A stretch of 62,401 nucleotides of DNA, counting the filler, from Choristocarpus tenellus KU-1152 (taxonomy: Eukaryota; Protista; Phaeophyceae), in assembly GCA_964200185.2 (NCBI GenBank). It is 12 parts of 12 records of this genome, joined end to end, with 100 filler letters (N's around TTAATTAATTAA, not from the genome) between each part and the next. Parts side by side here need not be neighbours in the genome. Positions count along the whole stretch, not along the records: positions 9,803 to 16,114 come from CAXNAD020008411.1; positions 16,215 to 19,978 come from CAXNAD020018074.1; positions 20,079 to 27,503 come from CAXNAD020006180.1; 9 more parts are not named here. One strand, given 5' to 3'. Position 1 is the first letter of the stretch, and every line of letters starts with the position of its first letter. Below, in pieces: positions 13,501 to 26,440 of the stretch. Under the pieces are notes generated by a model. It worked only from the letters and a program-made list of their open reading frames with translations, was not told where the DNA came from and made no database searches. The translations under genes and the position numbers were made by a program.

Positions 13501-15721
13501 TGGTGTTCAAATCGAATCGAGTTTTCCTACATGCATCACACATAGTTGAGAGTCTCGATTCTTAGGATTACATCAAGGAACAGCTGGTGTGACTGCTTTG
13601 AAAGAGCCACCACCCCCAACCAATTCTCCACTCACCCTCTTGTGCATTAGCTCCAGCTCCTGAAGATTGATGTCCATAGCCTCTCTAAGCTCCTTATTCT
13701 GATCTGAAAACCCTGGTCTATTTCCCTCTTCCTTGCCTGTCTTGGCCTGTACAGACTCCACCCCACCAATATCCTCTTCCTTGGTATCAGCCCCACAGTC
13801 TAAATCCATATTTTCCTGGTCACAGGATTTTGTTTGATAATAAAGTTGGGTTGCCAGGGGTAAAGTGTAGGTCTACTCTGCCTGCACCAATTTTGGGCAG
13901 AGACATTAAAGGCAGAAAGTGCAAGGATCATGAAATACTCGGAAAACACTTCTGCATCTAAATTAAGATGATGTTGGGTGTGGGTTGAACCAGTAATTAC
14001 ATGGCACTGTGTTTCCACATAATTGGGGCAGTGCAGAACACGTATGCTTCATTGTGTCCTTGAAGTTGTGCCATCCAACACATGAATCAAATAGTGCTGC
14101 ATACTTCAGGCTTAGATGGTTGAGCATACTAAAGTTTACATAATATATGTATTTTGTTTCAGTCTGGGTCTTGTGTAACACACACCTTGGTGATGTGGTT
14201 GAAAATTGGCTTTGATGCACAATGGCACAAGCTGACAATCAGATGTTGAGAAATGTAGGGCTTAGAAAATGCTCAGTCAGACGTATGTTTTTGTGGTATA
14301 GGAGGGTGTATCAATGTGTGGTTTGATGCGTCGTGATGGGCTGGTGATCATGTGTGTTCCGAAATGTTGACTACATTCAGATGACCTCATGCCTTCTATA
14401 ATCCCTTTGGTACGGTTGTAATCAATTCTGTTCAAAATTGATGTCTTGTATGCATGAAGCAGCCCATGGACATGTGGCAAGTCCATACACAGATTCGACA
14501 CAAAATACAACAAACTCATGCTAAGGAACTCAGAATACCAAAATCAGCCTAGAATACACGTAATATCACAAAACAGCTATAAACTCAAGATTTGCTAAAT
14601 GATACACACATTTCACTATCGCCCTATAACATATATCTGGATACTCTGCGTTCAATAACTCCATTAATCTCTTAAATTGACTACATCAACACAACATGGT
14701 CTTAACTGGTAACCTCTACTGTCACAATCCAGGCTTCTACTGCTTATAAGTTGGTCATAAGTATAAGTATAAGTGCCTTAATCGCATTTACAGAACCTAC
14801 TACCTCTCGCTTCTGCTGGTTATTCTGCCCAACACACCTTGAGGTGCCTCTGGAACTCCTCTCGTGACTGACTGCGATCAGAGGAAGAAGAAAATGGAAC
14901 TCCTTGATCCTGAAGGGCCTGCAGTGCTTCAAGCTCCAGCTCTGTATTTCGCTTCACCTGTTTGGACGATGCAGCAAATGTGATGGTGTTATTATCCATC
15001 GATCTAAACTAGGTTGAGGTTCAATCCTCTACAAACCAACCACTATTTTTGATACCAGGAACAAAAAGTAGGGGATCTAGAATCTTTATATTTTACTCGA
15101 AACAAACGGGATCATTTTCATGATAACAGAAATGTAAGATATTCCTGTCTTGGGCTCTGCAATGGTGGCTGAATGTCCACGGACTGGAAGGGGAGTGTGC
15201 CAGCCCAGTACTTGTGCTTGATAGACCCGAAAGAGTTGCCCTTACCATGAGCTTCTTGAATGTCACAAAGTCGTTCAAGGCCATTAGTTGCTCGTAGACT
15301 GCAGTGCTAATATCCTGGCTCAACCGAGATGAGCTCAAGGCTTGAATGAAGTCTTCGAGTGCCACTCCCACCTCGGCTAGGCTCGACGCACAGAGGATCT
15401 CAATCTACGCACAGATAATGAGAGTGGACCATTAAGTGAGTAAACTCTGGTTTGGCGGCCATCACCAGATGCATTGATATTATAACGTTGACTCTACACG
15501 CTGTGTTTTATCCGACAACAATAAGTGAAACCTACTCTTACCAGGTCCTTGAACTGGTCATGCAATGTTGTGTAAGAGAGCTTGTTCTCTTCGTCATTGT
15601 CAAAAACAGTGCAGTTTTCATCTATGAAGCCCATAACGGCAGCATCCCACTGAGGCGATCGGAATACGCTCAAGAGAAAGTCGAAGATCCAATCCCTCTC
15701 ATCCCCATCATCGACCCTCAT
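10539..15721 (-). CDS. CFAP36: Cilia- and flagella-associated protein 36 (CCDC104; BART domain plus UIM-like motif), 3' end missing
   Basis: Exons 15721-15542, 15404-15246, 14957-14838, 13815-13636, ~12455-12297, 11353-11271 and 10752-10539. Product DWIFDFLLSVFRSPQWDAAVMGFIDENCTVFDNDEENKLSYTTLHDQFKDL|IE...DFVTFKKLM|VKRNTELELEA is a BART-like domain; EQAELEQAIAMSL is UIM-like. Confidence 0.88.
11711..11965. mobile_element. MITE copy in a CFAP36 intron
   Basis: Imperfect TIRs gaatcaaatatcttagaggg ... ccctctaagatgctttcactc. The body is the reverse complement of 9803-9989. Confidence 0.75.
12890..13163. mobile_element. MITE (related subfamily) in a CFAP36 intron
   Basis: TIRs gacccatagtatcgtagagggggg ... 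cccccctctaagatactatgggtc, with a subterminal inverted motif gtccattt/aaatggac. Confidence 0.8.
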
Positions 15722-15899
15722 GTCTTCTTTACGTCCTACTACTATGTGTGAGAAAGTGTTGGGGGTGTCGATCACAAAATTAATTGACCATAATTCGTTA
15801 GTTTCATCCAATCCGTTTCATCAAACCAGACATCCAACCACGTCCATTCGTCTAACTATTTCAGGCACGTACAAGTACCTTTGTTTGGCGGTAGGAATA

Positions 15900-16114
15900 A
15901 CGGTAGAACATCGGAAAATATGGTAGGTGGTAGTATATGAACGTAGAATAAGGCACGGTTGCCCGCATAGTAGGAGGGAGAGGAGCGGGAGGATATGGCA
16001 GGAAAGAAGGAGTAGAGTAGTTAAATCCAGACTACGCCAAATTGTTTCGGTGACTACGCAAGTGGCATTGTCTCGACGTGTCATGCGTTTTAAGCTGGAG
16101 TCACCAGGGAGGTG
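15900..16114 (+). mobile_element. Non-LTR retrotransposon 3' fragment (tail of the restriction-like endonuclease domain)
   Basis: VVKSRLRQIVSVTTQVALSRRVMRF is homologous to the copy at 41378-41660. Confidence 0.55.
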
Positions 16115-16589
16115 NNNNNNNNNNNNNNNNNNNNNNNNNNNNNNNNNNNNNNNNNNNNTTAATTAATTAANNNNNNNNNNNNNNNNNNNNNNNNNNNNNN
16201 NNNNNNNNNNNNNNGTGTGACACACTGCAAGGGTAACCCTGGTATTCAAGGACACTTAGATACCTTTTCTACGCGGGGGGTGCTGATGGGGGGGTTGCCA
16301 TGCCGACATTCTGACCCTCGACGTGCCCATTTCTGGCATCAAATCACGCTAAAGGACTCCAACTTTGACAGTTTGCAGCACCTCGAGTTTGTACCTGATC
16401 ATCCTCGACCCCCATCGTTTCTGAAAGCTGAGATTGTCAACCCGATTTCATTCTATGGGGTTATCGTCCAATTCGGTGCTGCTCTCACTCAGCAAACCCA
16501 GATGTTTTGTGACACAAACTTATGACACAGACGTAGTACAATGTTGCAAGGGGCAATGTGACTACCATACACGTATCCTCGAAGTTTGG

Positions 16590-17560
16590 GGATGTCCCAT
16601 CCGGTACACCGCACATCCATATGGTAAGGGGCAGTCAAAGTTGGTGTCTCTCTTGTGCCTCATTGTGGGATGTGTACAAGGGTGAGATCGTGAAAAAGGT
16701 CAAGCGGTGAATTAAGGTAATCCTCTCAGATCAGCGGGAAGTCGACAGGATGGGTTTTGCCATCAGCTAAACACGCAGGAGGTGGGGAAGTGTGAAATTA
16801 GTGGACGATCTATATGACTGGGTACATGTGGACGAGAAGTAATACTACATCCTCAAAGATCGGCAAAGTGTGTACCTGCGCCCCACTGAGGACCCCCCCA
16901 AACCCCCATGGGCACAGAATAAGCGTTACACGACGAACGTGATGTTCCTTGCATCTGTGACCCACCCTAGGAAGCTCTCCAACGGGGTGTGATTCGATGG
17001 CAAAATCGCGATCTGGCTAATTGTGGACACTAATGTTGCTCAGCGCTCCAGCAAACACTACCCCAAGGACACCAAGGGCCTGCTTGTGCCAGCTATGGTC
17101 GAAGGGGAGAGTTATAAGAAGCTCATGATCGAGGATGTGTCATTCTAGCAATCAAGGCCCACATGCATAGTCCAGAACGACACACCATCTTTGTGCAGCA
17201 GGACCCGGCAAAGCCACACATGAAGGAGGGGATGATGGAGGCAATTAAGGAGGCGGCAGGGGGCAATGTTGCCTTAGAGACCCAACCAGTCAATACACCT
17301 GACCTCAGCGTCAACGACCCAGGATTATTTTATTCCATCAGCAACTGAAGGAAGACGAGGGGGTGACCACACAGGGAGACAGCGAAGCCCACAATGGAGG
17401 TGTTCGATGTGTACCCCTGGGAGACACTAGAGTGTGTCTGGCAGAGCCTCTTCGCTTTCTACTCTGAAATCTTGGGGTTCAAGGGTGATGACATCCTCAA
17501 CATTCCCCATTTTGTAAGGAAAAGGCTGAGAAGGCGGACAAGCTCCCCCGAATGCCTCGG
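16590..17560 (+). mobile_element. Tc1/mariner transposase pseudogene (plant/oomycete DD39D-like)
   Basis: Motifs WVHVDEK*YY, NVMFLASV, FDGKIAIW, IFVQQDPAKPH, QPVNTPDLSVNDPGLF and KGDD..NIPH are interrupted by stops and frameshifts. Confidence 0.85.
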
Positions 17561-20078
17561 TGAATGCGGCGAAATCGCGTGCTGGAATGGAGTTTTCGTG
17601 GATTTTGGGCCCGGAAACGTAGATAGGTTTAGGCTGCGCCATTATGCGTGAGAGTTTAGTGGGCAGCCTTTTAGTGTCTGCACAATACACACCCATGAAA
17701 TATGAACATGTGAAAAAAATACTTCTTCGTGGGGGCTGAAAAGTGTAGGTTACATTTAATTCCAAACAGAGGAACTATGTAGAACTTCGACAAGGGGTGT
17801 GATACATGAGAAAAATATCCCAATGGAACAGTTGCTTGTTGTATTGTGTTCTCCTGTACTCCGTATCTTGATTATTTCCTTCCCTGGCATGGAATTGTAA
17901 AATAGTTGACTTGTCATTACCTACACTCCATTATTGTGAAGCAATGTAAGGTGCTAAGTTTAGAGCGCCGTATGAGATCTTCTAGCACTTGAAGTACAAT
18001 GTGACACCCAAGATATAGAATACTACGTGATACTACTACCTTTCCTGCTACTCAATAACCACCGTCAATCCAACAGCAACATCCATTCATGGTAACGGAA
18101 AATAGAAATCTACATGATCATCCTCCGTCAAAACTCTTCTCGTGCCTCATGTGAAAATACATGCTTTGGAGGTGGATTGGGTTCACACGACCCTACTCGA
18201 CCACCCAAGTCCTAACATAAAAGTAACCCCAATGCAATCCGCTCCACAATCGATTACTATCAGTCTTTTTACTCACAATAGTTCGAGATTCTTCAACCCA
18301 GAGTCAGCGGTAAAACAAGAAAATAAAATAATAATGAGATCAATTTATGGAAAAGATGTTTGAACACACCAAAGGAAATGTTAAACTAGCAGGTGTTCCT
18401 CACATTTCCAAGACATTACCACCACCAACAGTATCAAGAACCCCATTTCTCAGTAAGAAAGAAATGCCCCAATGTTCGATTGGGCATCCACTTGCTCAAG
18501 TACTCTTAATGGTTCGGTCAGAAGCATAAAGATAGAGAAGGATACATCATACATGCTCATCCGCATGCCACGACAGACACCGTAAGTATAACAACAACAA
18601 CCACAGTAGTTGAGTAATCCTGTCTTGGAGGGGAGTGTCCATGAGTATGCGGGGTCCCTGTACCTGCCTTCCCGTACATTTTCTTCTAGCATTCTACAGG
18701 GTGATTTCGAGAATATGTTGACAAAGGCTCGTCTTCTCTTCTACAGTTACAACCTTCTGAGGGGAAAATGCCGCATTTCAGGTTGGGGAAATGTGGGGTG
18801 CCTTGAGAAGGTTCCAATAACACTGATTACTCAAAAGGATCTAAATCGACTCCCAAGTAAGACTAGATGGCTGATGAACTAGTCATTGCCAATGCTACCC
18901 AAGGAACCGGATCATTTCACAGCAATGAAATCATTGACAAGATCTTGTGATGTCTCTACAAGGCCGTGGAATACACTCTTGATATCTCGAGGCAAAACAA
19001 TAGTCTCAAAATCATCATCGTCGGTCACATCCCCACTGTAAGGCAAGCAAGGCGGAGTGCTCTCATTGTCCTTCATCAGGGAAGATGAGATCACCTCATC
19101 AAGGAACCACGAGTCCAGTGCAACTTCCCAGTGCTTGGCTGTTAACTTCCTCTCGGCGTTATAGATTTTTTTTGCTCCTACCTGCCAATAGTACAAGTGA
19201 AACATATTGGAGTGGTTTTATAACCCTTTTGTAAAACATGTCGAAGCATTATTCATGTGATCCCTTTTGTACTACATTAGTGGTGTTACAGGCGACATGT
19301 CTTGATGGCGGTTTCATAAACGCCATTACGACCTTGAAGTCCTACATTATATATATTTGTAGTTGACTATTTATTATTATTTAGTGATTTTGATATCCTA
19401 CATGGTAGGTGCATCATTCCCAGTTCCTTCTATAGGATGATGATTGATACTTATTAAGGGTATAATCGAAGTGAGAGATCCATCATACCATACTGTATTC
19501 CTACTGTTTTTTTGCAGATAGATCTTGTGATGGGTGCGACAAGGACCAGAATACAAGAGAAAATCACAACAAAGACTACAACAACCAGAGTGTGCATCGC
19601 TGACAACAACGCCTGCTCATACCCCAACAGCAGTGGTGCAATTGAAAACAACAAGAATCAATCCTGTCTACTTAAGAAACCTAGAAAATTATATTTCTCT
19701 ACTGTTGTACAACATGTAGAAGTTTAAGGTGCTTTTGCACCCTAGATTGCACGATGGCAAGTTTCACGATATCTTCAAATGGGTTTTGAGGACATTCTGA
19801 CGAAAGGACAACATGATTTTTTTTCCTGTCCCCAAAAATATACACCCACACTAACACACAGAAGGGGAGGAGGGCGATGTGATTGTGCGCACTCATATTT
19901 CGGCACGTGGGTCAAAGTATCTGTGGGGGGGGGGTGGTTTGTGAGGGGGCGTCTGTTTTGGTCAAACTGGGCAAATTANNNNNNNNNNNNNNNNNNNNNN
20001 NNNNNNNNNNNNNNNNNNNNNNTTAATTAATTAANNNNNNNNNNNNNNNNNNNNNNNNNNNNNNNNNNNNNNNNNNNN

Positions 20079-20600
20079 CAGCACTGCTCGTGGTGGAGAT
20101 GATGATAGCACTGCTCATGGTGGAGACGATGATAGCACTAAAAAACCTGGAGATGATGATACTACTGCTAAACCTGGAGATGATGATAGCACTACTAACC
20201 CTGAAGATGACGACACTACTTCTAGCCCTAGAGATGATGACACTACTTCTCACAATGGAGATGATGACAGCTCTGTCAACCCTGAAGATGATGACAGCAC
20301 TCTTGTCCCAGTTGGCGATGACACTACTTCCCCTCTTGAAGATGATTACAAGACTTCTGATACAATGGATGATGACACCACATCTGTCCAGAGTGATGAT
20401 GATAGCACTACTCACCCTGTGGATGATGACAGCTCTGTCCACCCTCAGGATGATGACCAAACCGGCGACCCTGATGATGACAACAGCCCTATATTCCCTT
20501 CAGATGACGATAATGCTTCTCCTCCCACTGACGATGACAAGACCACTGCACCCATGGATGATGATAGCACTCACACCCCAAGAAATGATGACATGGGTGA
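20079..20600 (+). repeat. Coding 27-bp degenerate tandem repeat (xxx-DDD-S/T-T-x, ~19-20 units)
   Basis: RGGDDDSTA HGGDDDSTK KPGDDDTTA KPGDDDSTT NPEDDDTTS ... Confidence 0.85.
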
Positions 20601-22100
20601 TGATGAGACCATGGCCTCAGCGACTTTGCCACCAACATCTGTTCCTGCTGTCTCTACCGACGATGATGATTCTGAGGGTGATGACACCATGGTGATCCTG
20701 AGAGACGATGATAATTCTACATCCGATGATGATGACAGAGGTGGCAGTGGCAGGGGCAGGGGCAAGGTCACCACCAATTCCGTTGAGGCCAATGTCAACT
20801 TGCAGACATTCCCAGCTTCATGCTCTGCCGCCAAGGTTTGTAGTGCTGGTTTGTTTTGAATTATCACATTTTCTTGCAACCCTCTGCTGCAATGTAGGTA
20901 TGTATGCCATGGCAGTTCAGTTTTTTCTTATAACCCTAACCTTCCCTACCTCTTTACTACCCCCCTATTTGGGTATTCCCTCCCAGGTTGAAAGCAGCTC
21001 AGTCTCACAAGGAGGTACCACGTTGACATCATACCCTGCAACCAACCTATTTGATGGTGATCTCAAGACAAGATGGACCTCAAAGGTGATTATCTTGGAT
21101 GCTTCATGGATCACCACTACCACTGCCTGAAGGAACATTGAAATAGTAGTGGCCAGTCTAAATTCAACCACGCACAAACAATCCATTTGTTTGATCACAT
21201 ATTTTGACCAAGATTTGGAATCCCCCTTCATTCCTTTTCAGGGCCATGGTTCATGGATGAGCATCAATCTCGGCAAGACAGCTTCCTTGGGAGGGGTGAA
21301 TATTTCATTTTTTGATGGTTCACTCAGGACCCAAATCTTTGAGATTACTGGTGACAACAATCAGGTTAGTTCACTTGCATATCACTGCTTAACCGGTATC
21401 AAAGCCATTGCAACGAGCACCATATTTGTGACAGGATCTTGTCATATATTGGTTTTGTCTACCCAAGCACAGCTGGATATGAATACCCTGTACTTTGTTT
21501 TTGACTACTATACAGACCATGCACCTTTGTTGTACACTGTGGTGCCCTTCTTATCCGTAGGCGAAAGCTGAATTTCAATCTGGATAATTTTGAGTTTACA
21601 TCTCTTAGTCAACACAAAGTAGCGCACAAAGCATTTCGTTGTGTTCATTTAATAACTCATGTCGAATACGTTCTTTGTTTGGTTTGCTCCTCAGGTTTTG
21701 GTGTCGAAGACAGAGAGCTCTGGTGTTTCAGATGATCTCCAGTTCTTCTCGTTTGGTGGTGTAGTGGAGACAAGCACAATTACCTTGTTCGGGTTTGGCA
21801 ACGATGGGAGCGAGTGGAACAGGTGAGCAAACACTTGGCACATGAAATTCTGCTGACATCCCGAAGCGTATCGTTGAGCATATCGCACACGAATCCAGTA
21901 GATGGATTAGTAGTGTGTGTGAGCGATCTCAATAGGTACCTTTGTAAGGAGTGCAACGATGTGGATTTCAATGTATGTAGTTCAAGCAGCATGCAGGAAC
22001 TCACTCCCTAAACCATGATTCTTACGTGTCTCTATCCCCCTCTTCTTTGTCCATTTGAAACTGCAGCTTCACTTCAGTTGAGCTTTGTGGTAGCTCTTGA
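20079..22100 (+). CDS. Asp-rich 9-aa-repeat protein with a C-terminal F5/8 type C (discoidin/CBM32) domain, 5' end missing
   Basis: Exons <20079-20835, 20987-21085, 21242-21364, 21695-21822 and 22067-22100 have consistent phases. Domain text: PATNLFDGDLKTRWTSK|GHGSWMSINLG...FFDGSLRTQIFEI...SSGVSDDLQFF...GFGNDGSEWNSFTSVELC*. Confidence 0.8.
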
Positions 22101-24188
22101 ATCAGCAACAACCAGCTGTGATGAGGATGTGAGTGAGTTCAGGGCACCAGGGTGGACCATATAGCCGATTCTCAGTCATTGTTCGCGTTGAGCTTCTCAT
22201 CTTCTTCTGTGTCGCTTTTTTGTTTGCTTGTCGAGTTGGAAGTTCGGAACACAACGGACTGCTGGTCCATGCTACAACCAGTTCAAACTGATTTGTCTGT
22301 GTTCTCTAACACTTTTCCTAAGGACTGGGCTTGATAGTTTTCAATCAACGTTTTGTCCAGATGCAATCACTCACAGATCCTTCCTGCGTACCGCCCCTCT
22401 CTTTTTTACCTCACATCTCTTTCTCCCCACCACAGGCTACAGGTTGAGGGGCTGAGAGGTTTCTATTTGTCGAGCTAGGTCGAGATTGCATCTCACTTCT
22501 TGAGTCGACAACACACACATACATTACGAGGCCAGAAGAATGGGACTGCTTGACCTTGTCAATACCCCTAGGCCCTTGACTGTTGGCTTAGACATTCTGA
22601 TAGAGGAAGATTTTGAGGTTTAAATGTTTATATAGCTTTTTGAAGTATTTTCGCACTATGGATTGTAGCTGATTGGGCTGCTTCTCGCCTACATGGAATT
22701 GTGACGAATCCAAATTGTGCACATTAGGTAAATTGTATATTGCGCAACAAAGCATCGCGTACAGTACGAGACCCAGTGCCATATGCATGGTTCTCAACAT
22801 GGGGAATATATTTTAGTGATGAGGGATTTCGCAGTTGCCGTAGTACTGGTCCATCCAAGCGACCTCCTACCCTGAAGGTCTCCCCCTACTATTAGTAGGA
22901 CCGTTGAGGGTTTAATAGGAGTAGAAAATTAAAACGTCAGAACAGGGACGATCTAGTGTCATGGTCTCCCACTGGCAATACCCTTAAGGATGTATATGGT
23001 GGCGAGGGGTGTGGTCAGAGGATACATATTTGATTATTGATTATTATTTTCAAACGTTTGCCTTAAGCCTTGCTTGACACATAGGAGATAGACCCACGCA
23101 TGAAAATGGTGTTGCGTTTCGTGAATTTTGATCCCTATCACGAACCCTAAGAAGTGGGCAGACCTGCTGTATTTTGTACACACACTGATCGAGTGAGACT
23201 AGTTACTGCTTTTTTGGCGAAGTGACTCGTCCTCCGTTAGAGGGGGGAGTCGTTGAGTGTTTGAGGCCCTAGTGATAGCCTTCTGGTCCATACATTTCTA
23301 ATATACTGGAGGGCGGTGTTGTGCTTCCCATGTGGACAAATGTACATCAGATCATCTCCTCTTTCATAGTCACAACCTTCCTTATGTGGGTTAGCCGTAT
23401 TTCAGTCAGGGAAATTGGTTGTCAGGCGAAGGTTTTGAAATCCCTATTTATTCAAAAGGGTCAAAATCGACCCCATCAAAGATGAGATGACTGAGTGGCA
23501 GCTTGGTTTATTATGAGAGGTTGAGAAAGGGAGGGATAAGAGCAGGAGTTCTTTTGAGTGTGTGTAAGATCTGATCCTTAGGAACCAGCAAATCCAGTAC
23601 ATGTGTATAAAGATTCAATTGAGTCGTACAATATCATCCAGGCATGTCCTGAATAACATCATATAATGAATGCAAACAACATAAGAACATGAATAGTGTT
23701 ACTATATATCGACTCGATAAATTAAATATAAAAATTAAGACGACCTATCCTTACTGTTATCTTTGGTCATCATCATAGCATATCTTTGAGATCTTGAGAA
23801 ATCGACAATAGAGAAGTTATTAATAATGCACATATGAAAATGTAAACGAGAAGTTCCAGCTTTTCTGAGTGTCTTGAATTATTATAAGATCAGAACCCGA
23901 TTTACCAAACTTTACAGCAACACCTCGCTTATTCCCATTTTAATTTAACTGAAGCCAATGAAACTGTCACGGTTCACAGCACTATTATTGGTTTCTCGGT
24001 GAACTAGTTGGCTGTATTTTATGACTAAGAAAAGTTGTTGACAACATAAATATTAACTTATCAGAACGGTACGACCTAAACGCATGTCGACAACCGATTT
24101 CCAAGACGGAGGAAAATAGTGAAAATGCTTCCGTTCTATTTTGTTGAAACATAACTGCAGGTGCATCTGGAGCAATAGATTCAAATGC

Positions 24189-26440
24189 TCAAGGCCAAAG
24201 CACTCGAGATTCTGTGATGTGGTTGTTTGTGTGATATGGACATTTTGTCGGGTAACAAAATGTGAGGTTCAGACCCAGCCTTGGGTTTTTGAGACACATT
24301 TTTTCTAGATAATCCTTCAGAAAATGATGTCGGACATCAATGTGCTTTGTTCTAGTAGAGCTTGTGGCATTTCGTACTAGTTTGCATGCACCATCGTTAT
24401 CCTCAAATAATCCAATGCAACGCCTAGGAAACTGTTGCTGAATAAACTCAAAAACACTTCTCAAGAAAAGTAATTCCTGTGCCACACTACTAAGAGCTAT
24501 GAATTCACTCTCTGTGGAAGACAGAGCTACAACTCTTTGTACCTTTGACATAAAAGATATCGCTCCTCCTGCAAACATATTTTCTCCTCCAGTCACTGAT
24601 CTACGATCATTCCAGTCGCCAGCATAACTAGAATCAGCATACGCACTCAACTCACACTCAGTATCAAAACCACCAAAACTCAATCCAACACTGGGACACG
24701 TATTCAAATATGCTAAAATGCATTTCACTGCACGCCAATGTGTGACTTTGGGATTGCTACTGTACTTGGCAACTTCACGAACTGCATTTGCAATATCAAG
24801 CCTGGTCATAACAGATGCCCACATCAAACAACCAAACGCTTCTCTGTACAGTGTATTTTCATCAACACTTGGATGATTCTCACTCTTGTCTAGAGTCCTT
24901 GAGAGATCATGGGGTACCGACCTCTTCTTTGTCCCATCCATACCAAATCTTTGACAAACACTCTTAATGTACCTAGTCTGACTGATGGTGACAGTCTGTG
25001 CAGTTCTGTCACGTGAAATCTCACAACCCATATAATACTCAAGATCACCAAAGTCTTCTATGGAAAACTACTCTTTGATCCTAGAGCGAACCCAAATCAA
25101 AACATCAATTTTACCAGCTACCAATAGATCATCCATGTGGGGGGCTATCACAGCAAACAACGCCATCTCTTGCTAGCCTGTTTGGTGCCATAAAGTGCCT
25201 TGATCAAACGTATAGTCTGTCCAGACCATATACCACATCCATCACATTAATGAACAAAATTCTCTTCATTAATACCACATCCCAATGCTTCAATTCCCAA
25301 TCCTTGTCTGCAGCTAATAATGCTAAAACCATTTTCAAAGATGCAGGGGACGGTGTTGGTGCAAAGGTATCTTGATAATCTAAACCCTCAATCTGTCGAA
25401 AACCTTTTGCTACCAAACGCGCCTTGTATCTAACTACCTCACCAAATTTGTTAGTCTTACGCTTGTGAATCCATTTAGTGTCTATAGCCCTGCGTCCAGG
25501 GGGTAATACGGCCTCCACCCAAACATTATTCAACAACAAACCACGCATCTCTTCTGCTCTAGCTCGATCCCATAAATCACATTCAGGAGAGCTACATGCT
25601 GCTCTTACAGTCTTGGATTCTGGAGGGAATTCATCCGCTAACACTCAAATAGAATCATCACTCGCACACATCACAAGGGTAGTCTCTATGGAAACAGACA
25701 AACAAGTCATAAAATTGGACATGTCAAAAACAGCAGCTTTGGCGGAAGTATTGCCTGATCTGGTGCGGTGGGAAGGATGTTGTCTTCACCATTTCAAATG
25801 CTGAGTCGTCGTAGTTCCCTTTCACATTGGTTGTCCTTGGCTTCATCCACCCCATTATCATCACCATCATTGCTATCCACTTCCTTATCCCTACTAGCAG
25901 AATGTGAAGAGAGAAGATTTAAAGCTGCTTTCGGGACATATGCAACAGACATCGGAATTACATGCACCCACTCATCACGGCCAACATTGAAATTTAAATC
26001 AATCTTGCCATACCCCATAATGGGTAGTGATGTTCCAGCCACGGTCATGTTGTGGTCTTGTGGATATGGGGCGAAGTCATACATGTACTGCGAATCTTTC
26101 GTTACACTGTTGGAAGCACCCGAATCAAGACTCCACGTTTGGAAAGCATTCAATCTCACCTTGCCATTATCAGTCACAGCGACTAACATGGTCTTGAACT
26201 TCCTTCATTCCCTAGCTGGTTCGTCTGGTTCAGCTAGTATCCCCACCGACTCTAACGGATTCCCCCTCTGGCGATATGATCTTCCCACCGACTTTGGTGG
26301 TCCTGCCCTCCTCTGAGAGCCTGCCCTCCTCTGAGAGCAAACAGCTCGAACGGGTGGCCATTCTTCCCGCAGCTGTAACACGGTCCTTCAGATTTACTGG
26401 AACCGAAATATCTAACCAATCCACACTTATCATATTTCTG
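24189..26440 (-). mobile_element. Degenerate Ty1/Copia LTR retrotransposon (gag zinc knuckle, protease, RT, RNase H; integrase deleted)
   Basis: Frameshifted knuckle CYSCGKNGH at ~26380. Protease WSLDSGAS...NLLS. RT RYKARLVAKGFRQIEGLDY...TFAP and HMDD. RNase H AYADSSYAGD...SSTESEF...EDN...TKHIDVRHHF. Confidence 0.92.

Noticed and set aside
18900-19330. 97-aa minus-strand ORF as a gene
   Set aside because: No recognisable domain or splice partners, and the upstream frame is broken. Probably decayed repeat DNA.
20023-20695. Met/Leu-rich 201-aa ORF and Ile/Ser-rich antisense ORF
   Set aside because: These are shadow frames of the GAT-GAT-GAT Asp repeat. Only the Asp frame splices to the CBM32 exons.
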